A stretch of 64,000 nucleotides of DNA from Antedon mediterranea (Eukaryota; Animalia; Echinodermata): contig NC_092670.1 in NCBI RefSeq assembly GCF_964355755.1, forward strand, positions 300,201 through 364,200. Direction: 5' to 3'. Both the position numbers and the translations under genes were made by a program. How positions within the stretch are numbered: position 1 is the stretch's first letter; each line of letters begins with the position of its first letter. Below, one piece after another: positions 35,849 through 50,800 of the stretch. The notes under the pieces are model-generated. The model searched no databases and was not told where the DNA came from. It was given only the letters and a program-made list of their open reading frames with translations.

Positions 35849-38800
35849 GTAAGTTGTTTTTAAGTCTTTGATTTAAGCCAAAATAAAATTAAGCACATAA
35901 TGATACTTTATTATTTACTAAGTATAAACATTTTATCAACACTACGAAATGTTTAAATTCAGGGAATAAATGCTTCATTCAAATTGTAATTTATGTAATC
36001 ATTGATCTACAGTATTTTTCCTGTATTCGTCTAATTTAATTTAGATACTGTAACATTCTTGGTGTATTACTAAGGCATTGACAATCCACATTTTTGTAGT
36101 TGATTGTTGTCAACTTGATAGTGTGTATCTTTTTGTCGGATATACCTCGCCCAGTTGGATGTGAACAAAACTGTAATAAAAGCACGAAGCATGTCCTGTC
36201 GGTGTGGCGGTGTCTAATACACACACGCCAGGGTGGCGCACACCAAAAGCGTTGTGTTTAAAGGCTACACTAGCAGAAATGATTGTTATTGAGCTTCCAC
36301 TCAAACAGATGTTTTAATTGGGTATTTTGCAGAGAAGTTAAAGAATTTACACTGATTGTGGTAATTTGGCCCTTAGGCCTGCAGGCATTTCTGAAGTGGA
36401 ATACTAATAAGATTTTCTGTAATTACAGTTCAGACATTACTTTGCCAATTCTCAATTTATAAAGTCATGCTTACCGTTCGCTGTTTTATTCATTCGATAT
36501 GAAGAAAGAATTCAACTTGAAAAAAATGGAATTTTTGTTTTAACCCAAAATACAGTTCAATAATTATTTATTGTTTACTTTAATTCGATAATAAATAATT
36601 TTATTTAAATTCTCACTACATCCCTACTAGCTACAGTAGTATACCTCTAATTTAGGTTGTAAATGTTTCTATAAAAATGCTAGTAAATGTTTACTACTAA
36701 GGTTAAGACACAAGCCAGCTGTGCTGTGCAGCCTGGCAGGTTTTACTATCAGTTATAAAGCTGAATAGAAAGCACAATGGAGCCATGTTAGGCTATAAAC
36801 CAAAACCTAGGCTAGGACATAAAACAGCATTAAAAACACTCAGCATTGTGTAGATGTTGACAACTTTTATGTGATAGTATGTAGATATAGAAACTACTAA
36901 TGATACAGATTTTGTTTGCAATTGTTTGTCAATGTTTTATACTAAAAACATCACAACAAATATGTGCTGGTATGTACTGTTGTTTATAATTCAGATATCT
37001 TTTAAACAACAGCTAATGTAAATTATTTATTTACTGTAAAACAAATCAATAAATACTTTGTTGATGCGTTACCATACTGTACAGTAGATTATTAAGGCTT
37101 TATTCTGAAAAAAACATTTTATCTAAAAGATCAAGAATATATGCAGTACTATTTATCATACATTGATTACATTGATTACATTTTTCTCAAATGCAAGTTT
37201 CTGTTATAAAACTTGCTGAAACAAATTCAACTTAAAAAATTTAAAATATATTTTTAAAATCAGAAAATGAAATTCAGGTTGATAGATAATTATCCCTTCC
37301 CCCCAGCAATGCCTGGTTAAAACATTAACATATGGCAAGGCCTCCAAGGCCTACCATGTTCAAACCAGCTAAGTTTGACCTTTAGCCTTTTAGCAAGATG
37401 CATGGAGCCTAAATATAATTGGCCTGGTAGGGGTGGAATGCTTAGATCCTTTATTTTAGACATACTGTGTATGCAGACTTCTCAATCTGAAACATGTAAT
37501 CTCTATTTTTCTTTGGGCTAAGTCCCTTAATGATAAATAAAGTCAGTCAGTGGTAATATTACCACTGGTGTGGGCTACTGAGCAGTACTATAGTAATGTT
37601 ATTAGTTCTCATGTACTGCTGGTTCATTTGTTTAATGTAGAAATGATACAGAAATAAAGATTTATATTTAAATGATGATACAGAAATGTATTACCTTTTT
37701 TTTATAGTAAAAGAATAATATTTCTAAAATACAGTACACATCCCTATATTGTTAATGGTATTGTCCAATAGGCCAACATCAAATTTATTTCTGCAGTGTC
37801 ACAAGTTATTTGACCCGAGGTCATTCATATTCGGATCATTCATTTTTTCCATGGGTGTTTATTTTCTTTTGTGAGAATAATTATAATATTTCATATTCAA
37901 GCATAGAAATATTATGTTTCCACCGGATTACTAAACATTTATCTAGCCATGTTTCTTTATAAAATTGTTGAATGTTTTTAAAATAAAAAAAAAATCTCTG
38001 TACAGCCATAATATCATGTATAGTAGGGTTAGATTAAACATTAAAGATGATGCATTTTTAATGTGTTTTTGCACCTGATGTTACATGTTTTTGAATTTTT
38101 TTTTCTTTGGATATTTCTTTAGACATTTTTTACAAATTATTCATGGTTTTTAATTGTTGTAGTGTTTATTCTTTAGTTAAATGTGTGCATTTTGTACAAT
38201 CTACAATATTACCTTCCATCTGCCTATATTACAGTATACACAAGCCCATAGTTTTAATAACAATTCAAAATCTTAGCATCTTTACATGCATATGTAGTAG
38301 CTACTGTAGCCCGAGTTGTGCTATAAACACACTTGTAATCCAAGTATAGTGAAGGGGCTTGGAAATTGCTTCTGTGGAGACATACTGGCGGATTGTAGTC
38401 TACTTGAATATTGATAGCTTATTAATAATCAGCTTGTTTTTTCCCCACTAAATTGAAAAAAATATATCATAGAAATGCCATTAAATTTGGCATATTTTGT
38501 AAGTCTATTCATAAAATAATTATCGGTATTAATACTACAGTATATAGTCTTGTCTTCTATTATTATTGCTCAAATATTGTCTACCCTTTCGTTGATTTAT
38601 AATTATTAAGTTAATTACTCACAAATTTTGGAAAAAAGTTGTGAAAATACCTACTGTATATGCAGTATAATGTTTGTTTGATATTTTTTATTTTCTAGCC
38701 ACTTTTGTAGAGGAAACCAACAAGGTCCTATAAATCCATACCATGCTAGCCTGGCGACGGCAGCACCGGCAGCCTCCACTAACGACTCGGAGAGACAGAG

Positions 38801-41800
38801 TCTGTCCAGCGACGCGGTGTCCACCGATGACACTATGTCACTTACAGACTCGAGTGTGTAAGTATACAAATAACATTTTTAACATAATTACTATAATTAA
38901 TAATACTTTAATTATGTGAGAACACAAAATACATGAATTTGGATTCTATTCTTTATTCAGTGATTGTATGTAATTTGTAAGCTGTTGTGGAAGGACATTT
39001 AAACATTCTTTTATGAATAATAATAATATGACAAGAAATCATCCAAATTGGCTGTTTTTCTTGCACATTTGTTGGTGGTCTACTCTGTTATGAATTCACA
39101 ATCAATATCAAGCTCATTTTAATCAAAATTAAATTTGTCTAAGTATAATAAAATTAAATGTTGCTAAAGTGTTTTGCTTATTTCATATGCAAACTGATTA
39201 AAATGTTGATTAAAAAAAGTCAGATCTTAGATTTAGATTAGAATTGTATAGAATCCAGAATAACCATTGGTTGCAATGCATTGTTGGATTATACTTGAAT
39301 TCCAGATACAATCTGACATATTCTAAAAACTCTGCCATTCATCAACCTTCTTATATTCGAGAGCCTTACCCGAAAAAAAAAAAACTGGTTTGTGTGTGTT
39401 GTAATCTTGATAATATAGAGAACTTATTGTTTGTTATGAGCGCCTCAAGGTACCCCTATTGCAATGGTTCTTGGGTCTAAATAGTATGGCTTACCAGTAT
39501 ACTTACCTAGTGTTATATGGCTATTGTTATTGACTGAATGATTGAAAGACTGTTGTAAGCAAAGCTATGATGTAAACCTATTTATTTACTATACTATTTC
39601 AAGTCCTAATCATATTCTTTCATTCCTACTGTACAGTATGTTCATTTTCTTTCTGCAAATTTGTTTTGTTTCTTCAAATTTCTGCGGTGAAATATTAAAC
39701 ATTAACTAAATTGTTTAAATGAATTTTATTAATTTTTATTTATCAAAAGTACCATATTTTCTCATTTTTAAATTATATAGTTATATTTTTTTAAGAAGCT
39801 TAATTCTGTTTTTTTAGGTGATGTTATGAAAGCTATTTATTGCCAAAATGTTTAATAAACGAGCCATAAGCTACGCTTTACAATAACAGGCCAGTAATAA
39901 TACAATTACATGATTCTTTTTTTTTTATTCGTAGTTATATTTGTAACAAATTTGAACATTAACTTTAATATAAAAACTGTTTTTAGGGACAAATTATCAT
40001 CTAGATTACCTGACATTCCCCCTGTGATTGATTACTTTCTGCAACGTTAACAATTATTCCGACATTTATAGAAAAAAAGATTAATATAAAAATTCATTTG
40101 TTTTATTTTTGCTGCAAGAGTTCAATCAACTAGATAGTTGTGATTATGATCCATGTCTACAGTTTATATACCTTAACAATTTTGATGCATGAATTATTAT
40201 ATTTTTTTGTAATTTCCTCGCAAATATAGGAATCTTGATTTTGGTTATATTTCATCTTTTTCGACATCTCGCACAATTTGAGATATTATCGTTTTAGGAA
40301 TTATAGTTGTAGTATTCTAGCAAGGAGTTGTTGGCACAGATGTGCTTCAGCACCTCTGTCTGTCACACTCATGATAAATTATAGATTTCTCCATCCACAT
40401 TTATCGAACAAGATCGCAATTTTTGTGTTTGAAATAATTCAACATTCATGTCAACCAATCTACATATTTGTTGAACTTTATTATAAATTTACAGGCAGAA
40501 AGAAACTCTAAACCTGTCCTGCAATATTTTTTTTCCAATAGCTGAATTTCACCAACATGTTTTGAATGTCAGTTATTTTAACTGTGAAGTTTTTATTCTA
40601 AACTGTTGGCAGATTTTATTGGAGTATTTTTTCTAGTGTTATTGTTGTGTATTGGTAAGCTTTTTATACTATGATGCACTAACCTCCATTGTTGATTGTT
40701 TTCTGGTATCACTCCCTTCTTTTGTTGCTTTATTTATGCTTTACTTGTTTTGTATAAACCTTCTAATTCTAATTAAATAATGCTGTTAACCAGGATTATT
40801 TAACTTTCCTATTATAATGCAATTTTATGGCTTAAAAACTATCATATTTGATTAAAAATACAGTAAATAACAATTATAAAAACAATTTTAAAGACAAAGA
40901 GATGGTAGGTTTAATTTGCCTTGAATTGATAAGTACTATGTTATATTAGGTGTCTATTACTTACTGTAGTATTAAATTTAGTTTTATTTTAAAAGAATTC
41001 TGGTTAAAAATTAGAAAAAAATTAAAACTGTTTTAAAAATGTTTACAAAGAGATGGTAGGTTTAATGTTTACGTTGACATAATACATGTTATTTTATTGT
41101 GCTTATTAAATTTAGTTTTGTTTAAAAAGATACAGTGAAATGGGTTAATATTCTAAAGATCTGCAATCATTTCAGAATTGTTAGATACAACCCCTGTCAA
41201 TATTGTTTGCAATTATTTTAATGCATTTCACTCTTTCTAATGATTAATACTCATCCTCTCACTATAATGGCTAATTTTACTGCACGACCATCTTGTTGTT
41301 ATGCCTTTGGCTGGTTACTCTTACTACTGTACTTAGCAATAACCCTACAAAGCTTACGTAGAAAAAGTAAGAAACACATTAACAACCTTTAATGAAATAA
41401 AATAAATACTTTAAGAAAGTATTATTAAATATTATATGAAATTACAAACTTGGTTAGATTGTTGACCTTCAAGTTATATAGGCAATTATATTGTATTGGG
41501 TGTAGCATTAATAATGTATTCTGATACTGTCCTATGTAAATTAAGTACCATTCTCATATTACTAAGAACCTTCCTGTATACCATTCGTATGAATACTTGC
41601 CCAATAGCATAGTTTTCTCGGGGAATTGTTCAGTCCCCTAGTAATGGTCTTGGCATTATCACTAAAATGTTCAAGGTGACGTTAGATTAAAGACCTCGGC
41701 TATCAAGTATCAATGTAGGTTTAATTGCATACAATGCTTCTAGTATTTATTGGAAAATAACCATCGTTATATAAATTTTATCTTCGCATGGGTAAAAAAA

Positions 41801-44800
41801 TGACAATAAGGCTAATAAATAGACTGAAATGCAGCATGCATATTCTTCTTTATCATCTATAAAGGACAATATCTCTTGGTTTTTAATCGAATACAGGCAG
41901 AAAGATCAATAATTGCAATGTGCCAATCATAATATTGATGCCAATAATCGTGATATTGGTGTCGGTTTATACAGCGACTATTGTAACTTTAATAATTGAC
42001 ATGTTAGGTTGGTAATATTGATGGAAAGTGGGTGATTGATGTTCACTTGATACGTACTCAAATTATGTATCGCATTGTTTGTTCTAACCTCTTAGTTTAT
42101 GCTTTTTAATTATTCTGCTTCTTTTCCCTTATAGTATTATTTTTTGTTTATAGTCAATGACATTTTCATTTTAGGTTGTTTACGATCACTTTTGTTCTTT
42201 CTATAATTGTTATTATCGACTGTAAAATAGATGTATTTATTTTATATCGACGTTTTCATAAAAAAAACACTTTTACATTAATTTGATTATTACAACAACA
42301 AAAATGTACAAGTTGTATTGTCTACAAGATGCTTTGTACAACTTAAGTTGTATTGTCTACAAGATGCTTTGTACAACTTACGAATCATGAAATGAAATTA
42401 AATTTTATTCTATTATGAAAAGATAAAACAACACATTTATTTTATACATTTTGTTATTGTTTCACATGAATTGTTCAAGTTTTAATGGGTATTTGTGAGT
42501 AATTTTAAGATGTATTTTGTTCCAAGATTAAACATTTTTTCTCTCTTTTTTCCAGGGATGGCCGTCCCATATTCCATAGGCATAATATTAAGAAGATTAA
42601 AAGGCACATGCGGCGTTCAGTTCAAGTCAATGGTCACGTTCAATCGTTCCCGCCCTTTCCAGTAAGTTTTTTATTTTCTAAATTCCCGTAAAATTACTCA
42701 GTATATTGTGTTAAATTTATTAAGAATAAAACATGTGTATTAAAAAGAACCTATTGATCAACAAACAAGGCTTGGGTTCCTCAGTTAAATTTAAGCGAAG
42801 GTCGTTGGTCGGCCACTGTGAAATTCTCTATTCAGTATTAGAATGAAAGAATTAATTATACAGGTCTGTTAACAGGCAAAATGCAATAGGAATGGCGAAA
42901 TCGTTGACAATTTATGAGAAATCTGTTTTATTTCAATTTCATTGATTTAGGCTGTTGTTGACCTATTGTACATGTATAATATGAATATACCTCATGTATA
43001 ATTATTCAATCTAAACATTTGCATTTTAAATTATTTCAAATATTAGTTAGCAGTGAATGAGTGCGAGAGTGATAATTTATAAAATGTCTCAAACAAAGAA
43101 AACAATAATAAATGATAATCAGCTAAATTGGTTAAATCTCCTAATACAGATAGTAGTAGACAATTTATTAAAAAAAAGAAATAAATTTTAATTTACATAA
43201 TTACATCTATGAGTGATGGAAATCATCTTCTTTGCAGACAGAATGGAAATTCTTGGTTATTCCTATTAATTGAACCTTAAGGAATACAAATATCAAACAT
43301 GCCAAATTGCATTTACAATCTTCATGTTAATACTAGTACATGTCAATGGCCATGTACCCTCAAGCCAACGCTTCTTGTCGTATCGTAATGGCTTAGAAGG
43401 AGGAGGAAGAAAAATTGCAATCGAATCATTGTAATTACTGCATAGTTTTAACTGAATCGTAAACGTGACAAGCTAGTACATGTTCTCTGCCTTAACAAGT
43501 TCTCGACACAAGCCACCTTGAGTTTTATGCATTTTCCCTGTGTTTTTGTCGTTCTACTTAAATGGAATAAACCATAAAATCTTGGAAACACAAGAAATGA
43601 TTTATTAGTATGTTGGAAACATGATGATTATTGTTTTAGGGCCTGTTCAGACCTACGGAGTTATGCTTTCGTATTGTACGCGGCGTACAAGTCCATAGGT
43701 CTGAACCAGGAAAAGATTAGTGGAAGCCACCTCGTACGACACTGATATTTCGTACGCTACGAAAGCTCAAGGTATGAGTTTAGTGGACGTCGCTTACAAT
43801 ACGAAAGTCACGCATCGATGAATATGACCTAGGTTAGATATCTAGCCAATCAAATTACAATATTCGCCACATCACATCGTGACATGTGCTCCTCATCGTA
43901 TTATAGCCAAGCTGATCCATTTGTTGTGATTGGTGAACGTGCGAAAAAATCATACCTTTTGTTTGTTGTTACACTATACAGTATTATTATTATTAATATT
44001 ATTATATTAATTAATTCAAAATGTCATCGAAGCGTGCGCATTGGCGAGAAACCGAAGTAAAATACCTTATTTCATTGTGGGGAAGCCCTGAGTTTAGAGA
44101 TCGGTTGGAAGTGAAAAACTGGCGTAAAAGCACCGGCAACAAGATGTCTGTGTTCAACGAGATGGCGGACACGTTAGCAGATGGGCCATCCTCATAAAGA
44201 AGGATTTAATATCCAAACAAAATTGAAGGGGTCGTCGTATAAAGCGGCGAAAGACCGAGTAAATAAATCTGGAGCCAGTGCAAGTACGGGATTTGAACAT
44301 TTTTCTGCCATAAATGATATTTTAGGTCATAGACCAAATATAAACCCAAACCCCAAAACGATCGGCTGGTTGGTATGCCTGACAACCCATCGATAATTCC
44401 GAGCCCAAGTGTTCGGTCTAGGCCTGCAACTCCTACCCCAACCACTACTACTTTTAATAACAACGAAGGTAGGTCTATAAGTGCGTTAGAGTTTGGTTAA
44501 TCGCCAGCGAGTGACATCATATCCGTTTGTAACGCAACTTCGTTGCAATGAATCTGAACACTTTGCTCTTACGACGCTCATTAAAATATGACCTTGGCTG
44601 TGATACGAAAGCATAACTCCGTAGGTCTGAACATACCCTTAGTGTTGAAGAAAAACAAGATCTTGAGGGATATTCTAAAATCCATACATGGCCTTTATTT
44701 ATTGTATTCATTTTCAATTTCTACTCATGGTATTTTTAATATGGTAATTCTATACAATAAAAAAATATCAATCTGTACAAATATGCATATTCCTATAATC

Positions 44801-47800
44801 AGATATCTTCCTAATCAAAAGTTGTAACATTCTTTTTTATGAATATAACATTAAAGGTTTTTAAAAGTAATATTTTTAGAATTTTTTTTGTAGTGTCCCA
44901 GGCAACCACTGAAGGAGAGTCGGCAGTTGACGCCCGATGAGTTCGTGCGTCAACTGACGGAAAAACTAGAACAAGTTAAAAAAGAGCGAGAAACGCAAGA
45001 AAGGTTGCAAGCAAGACTCAAGGAAGTTGAGGTGGGTTTTCTTTTTGATTGATTTATTGACTTTATTAAAAATTCTCATAAAAACAAATACAAAAATACA
45101 GAAACAAATACAAGACAACATCAACAACAGAGAAAATCTATAAACTATAAAGTTTGTTTCCAAAAGGGTCCTAAAATGTTAAAAATTATACTAACATCCT
45201 AAACAATAATAAATTGTCTTTTAAATACATTGCTAGCAAACATTTGCATAAATGCAGCTTTCTGATATTCTGTTACCTTCATCATATTATTTAGACAATA
45301 AATAAGGATTTTACAAACAGCGTCTTCAGCTGTCAATCATTTTAATACTTTATTCAGCATCTTTACTCTGAAATTACTCCTCTCATTTCAAGATTTGATT
45401 TCAATATGAAATCAATCCAAATTTGCTATTCAAATGTCATCCACCCTAAGTAATTGTGTTTCATAATAAATGCAATATATGTATATAGGAATTGCCTCGT
45501 CTTTTTTAATTTCTCATTGACGTCTCGTTTCTAACGTCCTGATAAATCCCGATCCTTAATGTACAAGTATCTCCATTTTATAATTGCTTTTGCATCGGTA
45601 AATTGGTTGCAAATGATGTGAATTTAAAATGTAATTACTCACATCATATCTAATATTATTTTCTAATCATTTTATTCGAGGACTCGTCAAGGTGCCTTAA
45701 GTTACAATTTATCTTATTACTACTTTTTTTCTTGTTTTATGAATAATTCATTTCTTATTGTTTCTCCTCTAATGTTTATAATGCAGTTCTTGTTTTGCTA
45801 CCCTTTGATCAATCATTTTTGTTTAAATGCTTCTGTGTATTTTATATGTTTTTTTTTAAATTCAAATGTCAAATCAGTGTATGTTATTAAAAAAGCACAT
45901 TTAGTTTATTTCCTAAGACAATTTTTTGTAAATAATTTGAATATAGCATTTTTCGTCTCCCACGGTGAAATGTTTTTTTGTAAATAACAATGTTATTTAA
46001 TAAATGGCATCAAGATGCAGGTTAACAACGATTGTCATATTTGATACAAGTCTTTGCTTGTAAGTGGATAATCAATCGTCATCTGTTACTACAAGATTGA
46101 TGGCTGTCATTCACATTCTTTTGTGTGATTGCCAATGCATGGTTGCCAGGTTGGCGCAGAAATATATCCATTCATCAAAATATTAACTGCAATAAATGTT
46201 GATTACTCTTAGTATTGATATGTTTTTTTTTTCTAGTTTTTATAAATTTGTAAAATGACAAATAATTTATTTATTTGATTTTTAGGAAGCTGATAGTGTA
46301 ATTTCTGAAGAAAAATTATTTAGTGGACTTGAAACTTTAGATGAAGACCCATCAAGTATTTTAGACGATCATTGTGCGCGAGTGTTTACACCGACACGAT
46401 CCGTAGAAACGCCAAACCGACGGAGGTCACCAGGTCACATTACACCAAAGTCAAAATCTCCCGAACAACTTCACAAGCAAAAGTCAATGGTTACAGGCAA
46501 CCCAGCCGCGTATTTGAAACATAGCAAGTCCACAAAAACAAGTACTGAAACTAATTATGATAGAGAACATGGATATGATCATAGGTCTCAAATACACATG
46601 TATTCACACAATAAAAACCTGCAACAAGAACAGGTTGGACCATATCCTGATGAGGCTTCTCATTATTATAAGTCACGTAATGAAAGTACGCGATTACAAC
46701 AGTATTCATTTACGGAGTCTCGTACTAAGCGAGAGAAACAATCTAGCAAGAAATCGGACATTTCTTCAATCTCAAAAACAACAGACAGTGGGATTTACGA
46801 CGGGTCATCATTACCTTCAGATGGAGAAAGGTATGAGGATTATCTTTTGATTTTCTTACCTATTCTTTATCCACTTTTTTCCCCATAATAATTTAATTTT
46901 TAAACATAGTTTGATTGTATTTCTATTTGTTTTGCAAGGCTTTAATAACAAACTATTTTGAATACTAAAAGTCCATTATAATCACAAAGCAGCTGGCCCT
47001 TTTCAATTCATTTAATTTATTTGAAGGCTTTTTGTGAATTAACGTTACAAAGTAAAAAAGGGCTCCCTCAAGAGTCTTTTGTTAGTGTGGAGGGTACGAA
47101 CATGACGTTATTGTGACATGGAGACTTGTCTTTACACAACATGATCGTTATTGTACCATCGTGTATTGTGACATGGAGGCTTGTCTTTACACAACATTAG
47201 ATTAATGTCATTAATGGATTTTGATGCTTGATGAAAATAAACCAATAAATGTTTTGCAAAATGTGTTGTTAAAGTACCACTAGCGCACCAATGCTATAAT
47301 ATGATATAAACTTTAAATTATGCTTATATAAAATATAAATAATTGGTTGTGTTGCTAAAACTTCCGATAAGTATTTAATAAATGTTGTATTTGCAGAAAT
47401 AAAGCCATAGTTCAGTGGCTTGCGGAAAATGAGCCGTACAACAGGTCCAAACAATCACAGAAATCAAGCAGCAGGAGAAGTAAAGCCCCAGCTGAGTCAC
47501 TTCACGCACAAAGACATAGGTTTGTTAACTACTTTAGTTTTTCATTTTGTAAATTTATGGAATCTATATATAAATTATGACTTACTCTACCCATCTGTAT
47601 TTTCTTTGAATCTAGAGCAGACCCGACGTGTTTGAATGTTTGTACTTAACTAATATAAATCCGACGTTATCAATTTGCGTAATTGATACACAATCTTAAA
47701 ATGGGAGTAGTCTTGCCCCAAGTTGTCGGCGGTTTTTAAAGTAGAATCTGTGAGAAAGGAAATGGAATTTTCCAGTTTCTGAACCCACTAAGTTTGCTAA

Positions 47801-50800
47801 TTGACCCCACTTGTTTACCGCCATTAAAGGAAATATAATTTTCCAGTATTTAAACCCACTAAAGTTGCTAATTGACCTCACTTGTTCACCGCCATTGAAG
47901 GTTTCCCTTCCCCGAGTGTTCTTTTCCTGTTTTTCTATTAACATCTTGTTTTATCCACCGACTACAGTACACATCAAAATGTACTAACAAAGTAAAAATA
48001 CATTTCATATTGGTGCAATTTTCTGTGTATTTTTACTGTTTTATTTATATACAATGTATACATGATATATACTAGTTTTTTCATTTTTCTGTTAATTCTT
48101 ATAAACAAATAAAGATACTATGACTATGAAATATTTATAATAAAAAACAAACCAATACTGAATGTCATGTGATAATTAATATCTAACCCTATGGCAATAG
48201 ACTGAATGCTCCACAATAGGACCTAAATTAGTGAGCTAACGGCCCATTGCATAACCAACACCTCAGCTCTACATTAGCGTGATAACAACAACGATTGCTT
48301 TAAGCAACACCTCTGTATATCGACAACTTGCTACTATCATTTATCACAGGAAGACAGATTTAAATGTTTTATTATCACTACAGCAATTATAATAAATTAT
48401 ATTTCATTTCTCAGGAGGTTCAGCATCGTTTGTTTTTATGCTTGAGTTTCTTGTCAGTGGTGTAATTTATGTTGTGTATTAACGATCTTTTGCCATTTTC
48501 GTATTATGCTCAATTAAACCATAATTACTTATATAAGAGGAATACATAGATTCTAATGTATGTTTTGTCTAATGCATGGTCCACACTATAATATTAACAC
48601 GTCAAGCGCACAATGCCAACTTCTTCTCATGTGACAGTTTATACGTCATGTGACATCTTGATGCAAACATCGATGATTGTTATGACAAACCTACCCAGAA
48701 AAAAAAACAAATTTAAAAAAGTTTAAATGTTAATGAATATTTATGCGCTGTGTACCTAAAAATTTATTGTGATTTTTCATAGTAATTCTGGCAATGCAAA
48801 GAAGCCTGTGATTTACAATGCAGCCCGACCAAGTATGGGAACTTCAAAACGTAGCCAGTGGTCTACGAAACCTTGTCATCCGTTTATGCAAGATACGTCA
48901 ATGCCCATCAATACACCACCTGAACCAGGAACTGTGTTAGAAGAGGCTAGACGTAGAATGCATGTGGATGAACGACATAGAAAGTAAGAAATATCAGCAC
49001 ATACATTTATTCTTAAATCAGTATACAACCTGACAAATATCATTGTCTTAAGCTCTAGTTTGACAAAAAAAAATTTGCTTAAATATGGTAGTGATATGAC
49101 ATCATCATGTCCATATATGGGCACATCATATTATTTATCACATAAAGTTTGATAGTGTAGACAGAGCTTTACTTACTGTTTCTTACTTTTTACTTAATTT
49201 TAGAAATTTAGAAGGACGACGTGTTAAAACACAGATGAGCAGTTTCGCAGGAGATGAACAACATGTGTCATCCACGTAAGTGATTCTTGTCATGTTTTTA
49301 TTTTTATCCTTAAAATCTTTTAATAGTCTCTAATTTTGGATTTGGTTTTTATAAACACATTACATAGCGGGTTTAAAAGTTTAAATCAAAGTTTATTTAA
49401 TAATCTTATTCATTTATTCTTTGTACCAAATAGGCGTGTCTTAAAAACCAAGAACAACTCCTCAACAAATACAAGTAAAGACGCTGACTCAATAACAATT
49501 GCATACTTCTACTGCAACGACCCGATCCCCTACCGCACAAATTTTCCAAATGGAACTGTTACCCTCGCTCAATTTAAACAACTCATTTCTCGCAAAGGCA
49601 ATTACAGGTTGGTACATTCAATGTTTTCTTTTACAATTGTGTTTTTTTTTTAACATACATAAGATAGTTTAGTTCCTGATAAACATTTGTGTCCAAAAGA
49701 CGCATCTATTATATTCAATTAATTAAATAATTAAATAAAAATAGATACATATCTAATACTTTATAATTGTAAAATGTTATTATTGAATTCATATAGCACT
49801 TATTCTACTTGTGTGTTTTCAAGTGTTGTAAAAATTAATGAGAAAAGTAATTGAAAGCAACCACAAATCTTTGAGGTCATTGTGCCACTGATGGTGTTAA
49901 TTATATTTAGTATGACTTTCTCATAACCTTTGTTGAAAAATCACCTTTTCATGTGCAAACTCCAACAAAAAGCATTGCAATTCGTAAACATAATCGAGGA
50001 AGTTTTAAAAAAAAGTGAAAAAACCCTTTAGTTTGTTTTAAGTGATTAGTATGCATTTGTATGTTTTGAGTACAAATATTTGACTTTAAGAATTTATAAA
50101 GTTTTGATAACTTGACAATGATGTCATAAGTAAACCGGCGCATTGATATGAGTAAGCATGATATAGCGCCGCCGCACATAGATACATCGGCATTCATTCA
50201 TTCACTCCTTCTATATCTCTTTGATACATCGGCATTCATTCATTCACTCCTTCTATATCTCTTTGATACATCGGCATTCATTCATTCACTCCTTCTATAT
50301 CTCTTTGATAATTGAACTTACTGTAACATTCTACTATAGTATTAGTCGATTCATTTTCAAAATTTGTCAAATTCTCCTCACTTTAAACATTATCACTCTT
50401 TGTTGTTTGTTGTTTTATTCATTATTATAAAAGGCTAAACATTATAAACATTATAAATATCCAGTTTGTTTAATTACATTATATCACATACCATAATCTA
50501 ATTGTTGTAATACCATAAGGAAACAGTTTACTAGCCTATATTGTTAACATTTATTGTCATAACCATAAACCACAGTAATTCTGATAATTTTCTCCCCTCT
50601 GCAACACTAATAACATTATTTAGTACTGTATCCAAACTAGGGTACTGATATTAGCTATGCGTGTATTGACAACACAAGTAAATGCTCTAATGTGATTAGA
50701 TGAGAACGCATTTGGCCTACTTCTATGAAAGTGGCATATTTGTACATTTGTGTTATAAATCACCATTTCACAGAGTCTGCCTGTCATCCAATTGATTTGT

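Noticed and set aside
38651-38869. Minus-strand ORFs overlapping Axin exons (also 44966..45163 and 48876..49124)
   Set aside because: Antisense shadows of real + strand exons.
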